From Lama glama (Eukaryota), in contig CM052816.1 of assembly GCA_028534125.1 (NCBI GenBank), forward strand, positions 52,454,001-52,518,000: DNA of 64,000 nucleotides, read 5' to 3'. Below, piece by piece: positions 1 to 13,167 of this stretch. A program made the translations under genes and the position numbers. Positions within the stretch are counted from its first letter, which is position 1; each line of letters begins with the position of its first letter. Under the pieces are notes generated by a model, which was not told the origin of the DNA, made no database searches, and was given only the letters and a program-made list of their open reading frames with translations.

Positions 1-1877
1 CTTAGCTAGTTACAGCTTTGTCTTTATCTCTTCCAATAACAGCCTTAGAGAATAGATCCTTTATTTTTTGATCAGGAGCTCCCTACTTTGCTTATGGTAC
101 CTGATTTTTACTATTCTCAAAGTCTTAGATCAGAAGGGGGAATGAAAGGACAGTGCTGAGTCGAAGGGAGGAGGGGGCGTCTCCCTGAAATCTGGGATAC
201 AGTCAGACTCACAAGGAGGGCAAACGGAATAAGCCTCAGCCTCTTCCACACTCTGCCTGCGCCCTGCTTTCTCTCTGCCACGCCACAGCAGGAAGATGAA
301 GTCAGAGATTCAGCTCTGCTAGACCTCTTGCTTCCAAAAAAATATAATTCCACAACAACCCTCCCCCGCATCGTAAGGAAATAATTTACTGCTTCATGCT
401 TTTCAAAGCCTGCACGCAGCCAGGAGCCACTGCTGAGCATAGCAATTTGCATAGAGCACCTCATTGGTTAGGCTTCTGTATCTAAATGGCCTAATACCCC
501 TCACTCAGCAACCTGCAACTTTCACAAACTACATCGCTTGGTGAGAAATAAGAAAGCACATTCTTAAAAACTGCTTCCTATTAAATCCTGTGACCCACAG
601 ATAGAGCAGAGCTTCCTGTAAAAAAAATTCAAACAACTGCCTAGGAGTTTAAGAGAAGAGAGAGGACAAAAGATTTAAACTGATTTTATTACAGCAAAAT
701 ACAGTGTGAAAAAAAACCAATGTGAGATTTCAATCATATGTTTTATGTTTAAAATCTATAGCCCTTTGTTGAACTGCTCTGCAAAGACAGCAGTTGCCTT
801 CAGAAAGTGCCCAATATTCAGCCATTCTCTTACTTGTCAGTTACCAAACGTCTCCCGCGTACTGGGCACGGGGGCGTAGCAAAGGCCAGGAGGCAGCCTT
901 GCTGCACACTGATTAGCTGTGTGAACTTGGAAGAGGGGCTGAGCTCTGAGGATCTGCCTCTTCCTCAATAACATGAGAGGGTGGACATGCCACTCCCTTA
1001 AGAATTCACTTAGCTCCCGAAGATGACCATGTGACTAACCAGATTCTCCCAGCCCACAAAGTATCTGAGAATGGTAACCCACCACCAGCAGCGACAGGCA
1101 TCACTCCCATCAGAAACCTCACGGCCAGCAGCGAGACCTTCTCTAGCTTGCTGCCAACCTGAGACTTCCCAAAATGGGTCTAATTTCAAACTGTCTGACC
1201 ATTAGCCTTAAAAACTATTTGGATGTGCTAGAAGTTTCAATAATTTGGCTTCCAACTGAAACTTCTCATACCCAGAGGTACAATTCCCCTTTGTCAGCAT
1301 GTCCCAATTTTCAGTTTATGGTTTGGGTAGACACTAAGGATTCTCACAACCAGGAGCAGCTGCATCAACCCAATTGTGGTCCTTTATGCCCCAGAGCCAG
1401 AGCCCACTTCCACCTTCGACGCTGCCTCTTCCACTATACAAAATGATCGTATCCCTCTCTAAGATCCAGGCCAGTAAGTCATTTCAGCTTTGGAAGGCTG
1501 ACAGGAAGACAACTTTAAACCACAGCTCCCTAATGAAGGAGAGCTGTTTTCGAAGATAGGAAGTTGCTGTCTGTGGCGTTGTTCACTTACTACACAGGAC
1601 AATAAATCAGAGCACAATTGGGTAGGAGAGCAGAAGACCCTTCTGGCCACTTCCGGCCACTTCAAGCACCAACTCTCTGGGAGCTGGTCCAAAGAGCAGT
1701 GGGGCAATGGGGGGTGGTGGGGCAGCTCCTCCTTCACACAGCTAACAGGCACGTGAATTGGTCAGCCTTTCTGAAGGAGGTCTGCCCTGTCTACAGCTTC
1801 TGAGTTATGCATTTGACAGTTGGTTCCGCTATACTTGCTCTGAAAATACAGATTTGTTCCACCAACAGGATTGATAC

Positions 1878-2368
1878 TGAAGGAGTTCAAAGCATCTCAC
1901 CCCAAAATATCCCACTTTGGCCTATGGATTATTTTTTTGAGTTATGTGCACTTGAGAAACAACAGGTGTAAGAACACTCTGACCTTCAGTTTTCTTTCTG
2001 AAAGCAGGAGATAAAACTCCCACAGGAGAGTGCCTTCCCTGAGGCAGGAGGAAAACAATTTTATCAAGGACAAGAAGCTGAGATTGAGAGATTTCTATAC
2101 AAACAGACCTTGTGAAAATAATTCTTATCTTCCTTTCCCCTCCCCACATAGTTTAGTGACTTTTCCACTACCTCTCTCTGTTCAATCTAATATAAAAGCA
2201 AGTAGTTTTCACCATTTCTTGGATCTTCATTTCCTTATGAAGACTCCCAAGTCACATAAAACTTATATTAAATAAATGTATGCTGTTAATCTGTGTTTGT
2301 CAGTTTAATTTTCAGACCCAGCCAGAAACCCTAAGAGGGTCAAGGAAAACTTTCTCCCCGCCTACCAA
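1878..2368 (+). mobile_element. Solo ERV1 LTR, MER34-like
   Basis: Begins TGAAGGAGTTCA...CACCCCAAAATAT...CACTTTGGC. Has a TATAAAA box and an AATAAA signal, and ends ...CCTACCA. Confidence 0.7.
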
Positions 2369-3419
2369 GTTAGGGAACAATATGAGCATAACAGGACATG
2401 CAATTTTGTGTGTGAGAAACATTAACTGAAGGCAGAACACTGTGCCCAAGAACTGAGCCGCAGCGAAACACATGAAATGCACACTCCCCCGATCCACGTG
2501 CAGTATGAGTCACTCCCAAAGCACATCTGATGTTACAACTTCCTACCCAGTTTCAGATAACACTCCATCCACCACTTCACAACAACTCACAAGCTGGAAC
2601 TATTACAACACCTGCTTCTACAAGCAAATTTCAGGTCTTTTTAAAGGTCAAGTGCTAAATATTTCATAGTAATAATGCATCTCCTAACTATTTAACATTT
2701 CTAAAACTGTAATACTATTTTTACTGGGTTCCCTCCGCTTTGTCAATGTGTCCTGGTCAAAAGTTTTGAAAGCTGTGCCCCAACCTCATTTTTTACTGTG
2801 TGATTTTTAAAAATACGTATTCACATTGTGTTATAGTAGGACTATTTGTAGGACGCTAGCCTTAAGTAAGAGGCATAGGCATAAAAAAAATTATATAAGA
2901 GTTACTTACAATACTTTTGTGTGTGTGTGTGTGTTTTAAGAAATATGCTAAACATCTAATAAAAAGAAAATAGTGAAATAAATGTTGATATGATCAATTA
3001 AATACAATATTGCTATTAAAATGTTCTCATTCTTATGTGAAAATTCTCATGTTATGTGAAAGTAACTTAGGATATAAAACAGTACATAAAGCATGATCTA
3101 TTTCATTTTAATATTAGAATGAAATAAAACAAAATACTAACAGGGCTTGTTCTATCTGGGATTACAAATGATATTTATTTTCTTCTTTATACTTTTCTGT
3201 ATTTCCTAAATTTTCCATAACTATATTATTTTTATAAAGCAGTAAATACTGTTATAAAATTGGCTTTCATATAATGTTATTTATTTCATCATTTGCGATG
3301 AAGACTGAATCAGCGTCTAGTAGATGATCTACCCATAAGAGTTTCCATTACTAATGGTGCAATTCTGATTCTTATCCTTCTTCAAGGTGCTATATCTTAA
3401 AATCTTTACAACATTTTAA

Positions 3420-4560
3420 GGAATAAAAAGACAATCAAGAAGTTAGAAAACTGGAAAATATTCAATTAATGCCCCCCCCACAAAAAAAAGGTAGGAAAGA
3501 ACAAAGAATAGATGGGGAAATGGAAATGACCAACAATATATAGCCTGAAATTCAAACATGAATAATCACATTAAATGTAAATGATTTAAACTACCAATTA
3601 AAAGACAGAGATTGTTAGGTTAAATGAAAAAGCAGGTCTCAACGATATGCTGTTTATGAGACACATTTGTAAATATAAGACACAAATGGGTTGAAAGTTA
3701 AAAGGGTAGTATATCCAAAGACTTGAAGACAGTGTTACCAGAGATAGAGGATCATTTTATAAAAGGATCAATTCATTAAGGAGGCATAACAATCCCAAAT
3801 GTGTACACACCTAATAGAGTTTAAAAATATATTAAACAAAAATTGACAGAACAGGAGAAAGATAAAAACACAATCATTTTTGAAAAATTTAACATCCTTC
3901 TCCCAGTAAATGAATTAGACCCCTCCTCTCCCTGCAAAAATCAGTAAAGATAGAGATTTGCACACTAGCAACCAACCTGAACACCATACCCAATAAATGT
4001 GGAATATATGTTCTTCTCAAGAGAACACGGAACAGTCATCAAGATATATCACATTCTGGGCCATAAAACAATAAGTTAAAAAGGAATGAATATATACAGA
4101 ATGTGTTTTCTGATCATCACAAGATGGTATTTCTGAATAAATACCAAAAATACTCCTGGAAATCCTCAAATATTTGGAAAATATTTAGAACACGCTTCTA
4201 AGTAACCCATAGGTCATGGAAGAAATGACAAGAGAAATGAGAAAATATTTTGAAATTAATGATAACGAAAACAGTATATCAAAATGTGCAACATAAAATA
4301 TGACTTTAAATATTTACTTTAGAGAAACAAAAAGATTTAAAATTATAATCTAAGTTTTTGCCTTAAGAAAAAAAATCAGTGAAAAGGTAGATTAAATTCA
4401 GAGGAAAATAAAGAGCAGAAATCAATGTAACAGAAAACAAATAACTGACAAAACATTATTTCTTTCCCAAGAGTAATCAAATTGATAAATTCTTAGCTAG
4501 AGTCATGGAAAAAAGAACACAAATTACTAATATGAGGAATAACTGAGGAGACATGTATTA
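3420..4560 (+). mobile_element. Old L1 fragment (start of ORF2, endonuclease region), degenerate
   Basis: Recognisable L1 ORF2 5' sequences such as AATCACATTAAATGTAAATG, CCAATTAAAAGACAGAGATTG and ATTCTGGGCCATAAAACA. A-rich. Confidence 0.85.
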
Positions 4561-4879
4561 AGCACACTGTAATTCAGAATGTAAGTTACCTTGATACAAA
4601 CCACTAACAGATTTCTACGAAAGACCTGTATTTGGAAAATCTATTACATTAACCCCAATAGGGTTGAAAAATCAGGCTGTGGATGACATTATTAGGACTA
4701 CCATTTGGTAGAAGGATCAACCTGCTGGTAGTATGGGAAAATGAGCATGTGGGGAAGAGACCAGGGAAGGGAAATCAAGTTTATAAGGCACTTACATCTT
4801 CTCATCTCTAAGTCAACCCCTCAACACTCTGGCTTTACTTCTGAGGCTGCTATTTGGTCAAGCCACGATGGGCAAGAAG

Positions 4880-5665
4880 TACAGTATTCACTAGTAGAGT
4901 TTATTATACTAGTTCCTCATAGCTTATGCCCCACGTGGACAATGATCTCATTCAGCTTTCATTCCCATCTTTTTCTATGGGCCTTCCAGCACTGAAGAAT
5001 CTGGAAAATGAAACCACATTTCTCAGAGTCCTTTACTGTTGGGGAGCTGACAATTTAGCAACACTCACAATATTTGGAAGATGAAAACAAGGTAGGGGCC
5101 AGCCTCCAGCTGCAGCGTCTGCCAAGCAAGGTCCTAGGACAGGACGGGCAATCGCAGTGGCCAGACTTGGAACCTCGGGGTTAAACCACCAGCTGTGTGG
5201 CTGTCAAGAGGCAGTCATGGTGGTGGCAGCAGCCTGAGCTTCCAGATTTTTAAGATTACTGCTTCAGTGGTGTGTTCTTAAATCCAAGAGTTCAAAAGGT
5301 GGCCTCCTGATTCTTGCTCTTCTAGTTCTTTCATTTCTTAAACAACTAATTCCCTACGTTAAACCCCGTTCAGGGTGGGAAGGGATAGACCGGGATTTCA
5401 AAATTGTAAAATACATAAACAAGATTATACTGTATAGCACAGGGATATACACAAGATCTTATGGTAGCTCACAGAGAAAAAAAAAGTGACAATGAATATA
5501 TATATGTTCATGTATAACTGAAAAATTGTGCTCTACACTGGAATTTGACACATTGTAAAATGATTATAAATCAATTAAAAATGTTTAAAAAACAACAACA
5601 ACAAAAAAAGTTCAGCTTAAAAATACCTAGTGTGGTCTCAGTTTCCTGCACTGAACCCTGACACA
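4880..5665 (+). mobile_element. MLT1-type (MaLR) LTR remnant interrupted by an L1 3' end
   Basis: MLT1-like motifs CCACATTTCTCAGAGTCCTT and a 3' end AAATACCTAG...GTTTCCTG...GAACCCTGAC. Confidence 0.55.
5374..5609 (+). mobile_element. 5'-truncated young L1 3' UTR with A-rich tail
   Basis: Contains TACTGTATAGCACAGGG...TGTATAACTG...CATTGTAAA and an A-rich tail. Flanked by a GTTCAG direct repeat (5368-5373 and 5610-5615). Confidence 0.8.
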
Positions 5666-8073
5666 CCTGCATCACCAATTTACAGATAACAGAGTCCTAA
5701 TATTGTCTGTCTTCATCCCTCTCAACAATCATATAAGGAGGCAAGACACAGACTTCCCCCGTTTGATGAACAAAGAAACCAAGGCTCAGAAAACTTAAAA
5801 ACTGGGAACTTAAAAACTAGTGAACTTCCCAACAGTGGAGAGGCTCAAACATATCAGATGTACACTTAAGAGGGGCATTTTAAAAAGACATGTAAGGTTC
5901 AAATGGGGGAGTACAAGGGATGCCTTTTAAAGTCTCTTCCAAAAGTTTCTCTGATTCCACAATTTGTCTCATAAATCACCACACAAACAGCAAAACCTGG
6001 ATCTCTCCAGAACTAGACCTGCCTCTCCAGAATCTTCCAAAGAATAAAATCACAGATTTGATTCAACAAACTGAAACAGAAAAAAGAGGGGAGGTGGGGT
6101 TGAAGGAGAAGGAAGAGAAACATCAAGGGTATGGGGGTTACCTCTGCACTAAATTTTGGTAGGTCACAGCAACTTAGAGTAAAAGAACTTTAGCATCCTG
6201 CAGTTTGGAGACAGGAAGTGTCCAAGCCTCTTCTCCACCAGCCATCACAGGCCAGCTTCAAATCTGCTCAGGTATAACCTGCTCCCCCTTCACCTTGGTA
6301 ACCTGTTCAGATACCTCCCTAAAATTAACTCCAAACCATATTCCACTGAAATCCCCAGATCCCCCACTAGTTACTGGACCTCCCCTTCCATTGCCACGGT
6401 TCTTAAAACATAATAACCAACCCTTCCTGGTTTCAGTTTCTCAGCTCCCCTCTACTCCCCAACTCACAGTGCTGGAGCTTCTGCTCCCTGAAAACCAAGG
6501 CTGTCAAACCCCTCACCCTAGAATTCTTAGTTTCCCTCTTACTAACTTTAGTAAGAAGAACTTGACCAAGCCAGCAGTTTCCCCCAACTCCTAGGCCCTC
6601 CCACCCCTAGGCTCCTTCTCCTCTAGGCAGGAGGTACCCTCACTTAACCCTCACTTAATTTTCTTTCTTTCCTGTTTGCTACAGGAAATGTCTGCCTTTT
6701 AAATGTAGATGTCTCCACTGTTGGTCTTTCCCTTCTGAGGCTACATCTGGGTTTTTTCCCAGATCAGAAGATTCCTTTGAGAAGCTGAGAAATGGTAAGG
6801 ACCTTCTTCTAGGAAAAGCGTTCAGAATACACACGGACAAGTGTATGACTGCAGGGCTGCCTGGAACCCCTAGAGCCCATTCCCGGGGACCCAGCTCTCC
6901 ACATGCTCCTCTGGGTAGGCCCATCCCCCACCAAGCCCCCCCCCCCCCGCTTCCTTCCCTTTCTCAGGCATAAAAGGTCTGAAGCTGAGGTACACCAACC
7001 TCCATCTGCCCCCCGCAGAAATCTTATACTCAACGACATCCAACATCAATCCTCCAGTTGCTCCCAAGCATTAATGTCTAGCCTAGTTGCTGCCTTTGGT
7101 TTATATTACACTAGGTACTCAGTGAAGATCTATCAATTGACATATTGCTTTAAGGGTTGTTAGCTTTTCTTTTTTAAATAGCAAATGAAATAAGTCAACA
7201 ACACCCTAGGGTCCTTAGGAATAATGCTACCAAAGCCGAAAAAAATTCAGAGTCTTATTACAGAGAACAGTTTCATTACTATGGTTACAAAATACTGTCG
7301 TTTGAGATCACCACCGGAGGAGTTCAATGAGCAGGGAGTCACGAACAAAAGATTGAACTCTTCCCCAGTTTTGGTGAACTGCACATGCTAAGGATCAGAG
7401 CATTAGGTGACTCAGCCCTCTGTTAAATTACTGAGAACAGAAACTGGAAAATAAATCCCAAAAGGACCTCGTGGGCTTTGTTTCAAAGTACAGTTGGCCA
7501 GTTTATAAAAAACTATACTTAAACATTAATCTGGTTTTCCATCTCTCCCAGTTATCTTTGCATAAATAAGATTTAAGGGGTTGTGTTATGTGTTTTTCCT
7601 ACTTTTGTTTTGACTAGACAGTTTTCATGAGGGGGAAAATGCTGTCTAATCACTATATACTTTAACCTTACTTCAGACCCACAAATTGTTTCAGAATTTA
7701 TTCTGTGATAAAAACTCACCCTAAATAAATTTTTCCATAACAGCTGTTTTCCTTACACATCAGCTCAACTTTAATCTCCCAAGGCAAACTACAGAAGAAA
7801 AGCCAAAAGTGAAATCCTGTTTCCTTTAAAATTCAAACAGATGTTTGATGTAATCAAACCAACCCACTATTTGAATTTCCTACCCACACGCTACACTGAC
7901 CCCCAGATTATGTTCTAAAATCTTTTAAAATATCATTAACACACAAGTGAGAGAAGAAGAAGACATCCCCAGTGGAAAGGTTTTAAAATGCATTTTAACA
8001 AGGGTTGCAAAAGCTGGTGTACTTTGGAAAACCTGATCATTAGGGACAATCAAGGTGGTTTAGGTGAGTAACT

Positions 8074-8573
8074 NNNNNNNNNNNNNNNNNNNNNNNNNNN
8101 NNNNNNNNNNNNNNNNNNNNNNNNNNNNNNNNNNNNNNNNNNNNNNNNNNNNNNNNNNNNNNNNNNNNNNNNNNNNNNNNNNNNNNNNNNNNNNNNNNNN
8201 NNNNNNNNNNNNNNNNNNNNNNNNNNNNNNNNNNNNNNNNNNNNNNNNNNNNNNNNNNNNNNNNNNNNNNNNNNNNNNNNNNNNNNNNNNNNNNNNNNNN
8301 NNNNNNNNNNNNNNNNNNNNNNNNNNNNNNNNNNNNNNNNNNNNNNNNNNNNNNNNNNNNNNNNNNNNNNNNNNNNNNNNNNNNNNNNNNNNNNNNNNNN
8401 NNNNNNNNNNNNNNNNNNNNNNNNNNNNNNNNNNNNNNNNNNNNNNNNNNNNNNNNNNNNNNNNNNNNNNNNNNNNNNNNNNNNNNNNNNNNNNNNNNNN
8501 NNNNNNNNNNNNNNNNNNNNNNNNNNNNNNNNNNNNNNNNNNNNNNNNNNNNNNNNNNNNNNNNNNNNNNNNN
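8074..8573. other. Assembly gap (500 N)
   Basis: Run of exactly 500 N. Confidence 0.99.
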
Positions 8574-8610
8574 TAGCCCAGGAGGAGGCAGTCAGAAATA
8601 TTCACTGATT

Positions 8611-8766
8611 GGGGTGGTGGATGGTGTTTGGCTCAAGTGGTAGAGAGCATGCTTAACATACATAAGGTCTTGGGTTCAATCCTCAGTGCCTCCTCTAAAA
8701 ATAAGTAAGTAAATTTAATTACTTCCCCACCAAAAAAAATAATAAAAATTTTTAATTGAAAAAAAG
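8611..8766 (+). mobile_element. tRNA-derived SINE (camelid vic-1-like)
   Basis: A-box GCTCAAGTGG, B-box GGGTTCAATCC, AT-rich tail, TTCACTGA target-site duplication. Confidence 0.85.
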
Positions 8767-8789
8767 TTCACTGAATGGACAGCTCTGAC

Positions 8790-9310
8790 TGTTCTCCCTG
8801 CCTCCACTCTAGTCCCTGATACAGTCAAGTCAGAGCACCCAAAGTGATCTGCTGCCTGTAAGTCAAACCACAGTTTTCACCAGCTTAAAATCCTCCAACA
8901 GCCTCTCAATGAAACAGGAATAAAAACCCTAACTCCCACGGTGACTGTCAGTCCGTGGTCAAATTTCCCACTTCTCTTACCTCATCTATGACACTCTAGC
9001 CACCCTGGACTCACTTCTATTCCTCAAACACCCTGGAAAGCTCCTTACCCTACCCCTGACAGGCGCACCTCTCCTCCTAGATCAGTCTCAGTTCCACAGG
9101 CATCTTCCCAGACTTCCCCAACAACCCTATCCAAAGCGGCTGTGCCACCAGGACCTGTTACAGTACCAGTACTCACTGTTTCATTGTTTACATGCTATGA
9201 AATGCTGCCCTCCTCCACCCGCCCAACAACTAAACTGACCACTGAGGGCAGAGGAGATGCTTGTCTAGCTCACTGCCACATCTCCAGCTCTTGGCACACA
9301 GTAAGTAGGT
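8790..9310 (+). mobile_element. L2 3' fragment
   Basis: L2-like motifs CAGCTTAAAATCCTCCA and TGGCACACAGTAAGTAGGTGCT. Confidence 0.6.
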
Positions 9311-9312
9311 GC

Positions 9313-9610
9313 TGTGATATTGCAATATAATCAGAAATATATACTTGGTCTTTGTCCCAGGTATAGGAGGCCCAGGAGTCTGGTGATTGGCAGCTGAAGA
9401 CTGGGGAGTGGGGGGCCGGGGCAGTTTTGTGGGATTATATACTCAAACTGTGGGATACTAACTCCAAGCAGTGTGAGAATTAAATCAAATTGCTGTATAT
9501 CCAATTAGTATCTGGAGAGTTGGGAAATTGGTTGGTGTGAGGGGAAAAAAAACCCCAAAAAACAAAAAAACAAACCCCCATACATTTATGTCAGAAATGC
9601 TGTAAGTAAA
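9313..9610 (+). mobile_element. MER21-like LTR fragment
   Basis: Begins TGTGATATTG...AGAAATATATACTTGGTCTTTGTCCC. Later motif GGAGAGTTGG...TTGGTTGGTGTG. Confidence 0.6.
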
Positions 9611-11411
9611 AATTCACAGGTGCTGAAAAAATTTTTTTCTTAAGGGTTCCTAGACTCAGATAGCTTCTGACAGTGCTGTGTTTTTTAAATGTAAATTTCT
9701 TAACAGCCCCATCCACTTGAAAGCATATGGTCATCACCCCCTCCCTGGGTTGAGACCCACCACAGTGAAGCCTCAAGCAGTCCAGAAGAAAGCAGAAGTT
9801 AACTTTCCTGTGATGAACAGCCAGGATTTGGTTCTTTCCAAAGTCCTGAGAAGGGGATTTTAAAAACAAGTCATTAAATCCTGCCAAGATATCGACCATA
9901 CCAATAATTCTTTTACAAGACCCACTTGAGTGCTGGCAATATTTTCAGAGCTCTAAATTAGCTGCTAGGAGCCACAGAAAACCTCCAGGGGCTTTCAAGG
10001 GACTGGAGGACAGGTGCCCCGAACTATCCGTAATGTTACCACTATACAATGAAGCGTCACATCAAATTGGAACTCTCTCAAAAGAACAATAAAGGATTTG
10101 CAAAGCTTTCTTGAGATTCCTAACATTCTGAAAATAGTCTTTTCAGGTCCACCCTGGTCTCCAAAGCCTTGAGAAAGTGTTAAGCGCCCTCTCTATCGCC
10201 TTGCTTAACTCTGGGCAAGCCATTCTACCTCAAAGTTAAAAACCTCAATTTCCTCATCTCTGAAAAGGCCAGCTTGAATGTATGCCAAGTACAGTATTAG
10301 ACCTCAAAAACCAAGTAACAACTTCACATGGCCACTCAAAAGAGGACAGATTATCTGCTAGTATAATCGGCGGGTTACAGAAACGCACAGCTTAACCCCT
10401 GCATCACTTACAGACCGGCCTCGATTGTAGCAAAGCTGAAATGTATTAGGAAGCAAGAACAGCCCGGTACCTGAACGCCCTCCGGAGTTAGACTCATTTG
10501 CGAAAACGCACCATTGAAACTCAGTACAGAAATGCTGATCATTAATATGGCTAGGAAAGAGGGAGCGCGACATCCGCAAGGTTTTACCTACTTTTTTTCT
10601 AACTGTGCAGGAAGGAGTGAAATCAGCATTAAAGGGTTAAAACCTACTAATTCTGCCCTTATGCACTACTAACCAGTAGACGCCGCCTATCCAAAGCGGA
10701 CGTGTGCTTTAAAACATCAAGAGTTTAACAGGCGAGAGTTACAAAACAGGTTCAGGCAAGTTTAGGTGAAAGGAGGGACAGGAAGGCTCACGCTCTACCC
10801 AGGCAGCCACGTATCTGTCCAGCCAGGGTTGGGTCGGGAAACTCAGGAAGCGGAGCTGAGATTTCCCCGCGCCCAGACCTGAGCACTGTGATTTGGAAAA
10901 CAGGCTTCTAGACGTTTTCGAAGGAACAGAGCCAATGCTCTAGAGCCTTACGAGATGTCAAGCGCAACCTGCCTGGGCCATACGACCCGAGTTTCGTTCA
11001 GGAAGAGGAGACATTGCCCAAGCCCACGTCTTTTCCTGGGTTCATCGGGATGGCAAAGCCGGGGGGCTACGGAGCTCAGCAACGCACACTCATGCTCCGG
11101 AGGAGCCGACACGCTCCAGAAAGCAGTCGAGATCCTCTGCTCAAGCCCTGCACGCCTCTCCTTAAGTGACGTTCCTAAGACCGAACGGGAAGACCTCAGG
11201 GTCGCCTCTAGGGCTTCCCCGTGTCCCTCCGCCTGCCCGCGGCACAGGGTTTCCCCGACGGCTGAGCGCTGCGCTGGGGCCTGAGGCACTCACCCGGGCG
11301 GCCCGTAGTCACTCGCCCCAGTTTCGGCGGCGGCGCTGTGGAGCGCACCCCGGGCAGCCTGCGGCGCCTAGGCTCCTGGCCGGCTCTCCCATCTGTCTCC
11401 CCCTCGCTCAC

Positions 11412-11438
11412 CTGGCCCGCACAGCACTGCGCCGACAT
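11412..11438 (-). CDS. SERINC5: SERINC5 coding exon 1 (MSAQCCAGQ), on the opposite strand to the rest of the gene
   Basis: The reverse complement reads ATG TCG GCG CAG TGC TGT GCG GGC CAG followed by a GTGAGC donor (phase 0). It matches the recalled SERINC5 N-terminus and lies in a CpG island. Confidence 0.93.
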
Positions 11439-11790
11439 CACGACAGCCGACCACCACGAGCGCGTTCGCCTGCTCCCAGCTTCCCTCCGGCCCTCCTGGC
11501 TCCCTCCGGCCTCGAGCGTCCCTCTCCGAACTCACTCACGCCTGCACGCCGCGTAGCCCCAGCTGAGCGCGAGGCACCGCGGCCTGGGTGAAAACAACCG
11601 CGGCCAAACCCCGCCCCGCCGCGGCCCCGCCCCGCCCGCCCCCTCGAGCCGCGCCCGCCCCTTCCCGGGCGCAGCGCCTGGGAGCAGGCTCCTCCTGGGC
11701 TCTCACTTCCGCTGGCGTCAGGCGGCTGGCGGTGGTGGTAACTTCCCGGTGCTGCGCTGGACTGCGAAGTCCGCCCGTCGATGGACTGGA

Positions 11791-11820
11791 CCGGCCCGGC
11801 CCGGCCCGGCCCGGCCCGGC
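11791..11820. repeat. (CCGGC)6 pentanucleotide tandem repeat in the promoter CpG island
   Basis: Directly visible. Confidence 0.95.
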
Positions 11821-12710
11821 AGTGCCGGATTCCTGAGCCGGAGGTCCCAGGCCGAGGAGGGTGCGGCGCCCCTCATCCCCGGCTCTGGCGAAAGAGCTGG
11901 TTACCGACTCCAGTTGAAGCTTGGAGTCATTAGTGAGCTGTTCCGAGTGCCCTGCACTGAACCGGCGCAGTAGGGACCTCCGGGTGCTGGTCTGTGCTCT
12001 GCCTCTCGCCAAACTGTGGTATCCACGGGATCCCTGTTTTCCGAAATCCCTTAATCGCCCTCATTTGCCAAAAAACAAACAAACAAAAAAAAAAAACCTT
12101 AACTTTTGGAAAAATTCCCTCTGCCCACACTTCTTCGAATTCCTGGGCACTTGGGATATTCTGCCAGACATGTTCTGCCTGACGTTACCCCAGCATTTTG
12201 GGAGGTCCCGGGGAAGCCCTTTCTGTGCTTTCCTGGATATTGATCTATTTCCAACCTCTCCTCTCCAACCCTGAGGACGGATTCCGGCCCAAGGACTCAG
12301 TTTGCATTTCTGTTTCCTCTCATCCGACTCCGCTACAAAAGGGTCCCCAATATTTGTTCCATGCGGAAGGCAGAGAGGGCGCCCATAGTTTTTCTCCCTA
12401 CCCAAATCTGCTCTCATCACGGCCACTTCCCCAGTAAGCGGAATTTACGCAAGCGCAGACGTTGCTCCAGATCCTTTTACTCCTTAAAGTAAACATTCCT
12501 GTACATATTTTAGAAATGAGGCATATGAAGCCAAGACATGTTAAATAACTTGCCCAAAGCTTAACAGCAAAGCTGAAGAAGCAATACTGGGACTGACTTT
12601 ACCTTGAGCTTTTGGCAAAACAGTGTCTCTGGGAGCAGTTTAGGAGGTGGACACTAAGAGGAAAGTCACATGGGAACCAGTGCTTGGGTTATGAGCTGCA
12701 CAGAACCTCC

Positions 12711-13167
12711 TATAATCGAGACAGGCTGGCCCCTGGGATCCCTTACCACAGTGCTTGCACGTGGACAAATGGCTCCTTGAGCAACAGGATACAAAGAAAT
12801 CCTAAGTGACTAAAAGTAACTGGAAGCATGCACACACGGGGCAATTTTGAGCAACAGGATACAAAAAGGCCTCAAACTACAAGTGTTTGAAATGCCCTGA
12901 GCAAAAGCAGGGTACTGCACATGGTCCCTGTACACCAAGGGGGTGGAGAGACCACCTAAGAAATTCCTGCCAAACCCACAGATCCACCCTCATTGTTACC
13001 CCACTTAAGGACCCAGACAACTTCCCTTCAAAGCAAGCAAGGATACCTATTTCTCACCTTTGCTCCCTGGTGCTGCAGCTAAGCCCCAATAAAGCCTTGT
13101 CTGAATTCTCACCTTGCCTGTTACCAATTTCTATTGATTAAAGAGTCCAAGGGCCAGGTCGGTAACA
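12711..13167 (+). mobile_element. Solo ERV-type LTR about 1.3 kb upstream of the SERINC5 start codon
   Basis: Imperfect inverted termini (TATAATCGA...TCGGTAACA), an internal direct repeat TTGAGCAACAGGATACAAA present twice, and AATAAA near the 3' end. Confidence 0.7.

Larger units (their letters stand above)
10900..12060 (-). promoter_or_regulatory. SERINC5: CpG island and SERINC5 promoter/5' UTR
   Basis: Very high GC and CpG density around exon 1. Several GC boxes (CCCGCC) at about 11608-11660 and ETS-like CACTTCCG at about 11704, upstream of the minus-strand ATG. Confidence 0.88.

Noticed and set aside
8060..8605. ORFs of 170-181 aa spanning the first gap
   Set aside because: Artefacts of translating N runs.
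10948..12274. Many overlapping Pro/Arg/Ala-rich ORFs on both strands
   Set aside because: Expected from stop-codon scarcity in a CpG island. Only the 9-codon SERINC5 exon 1 is supported.
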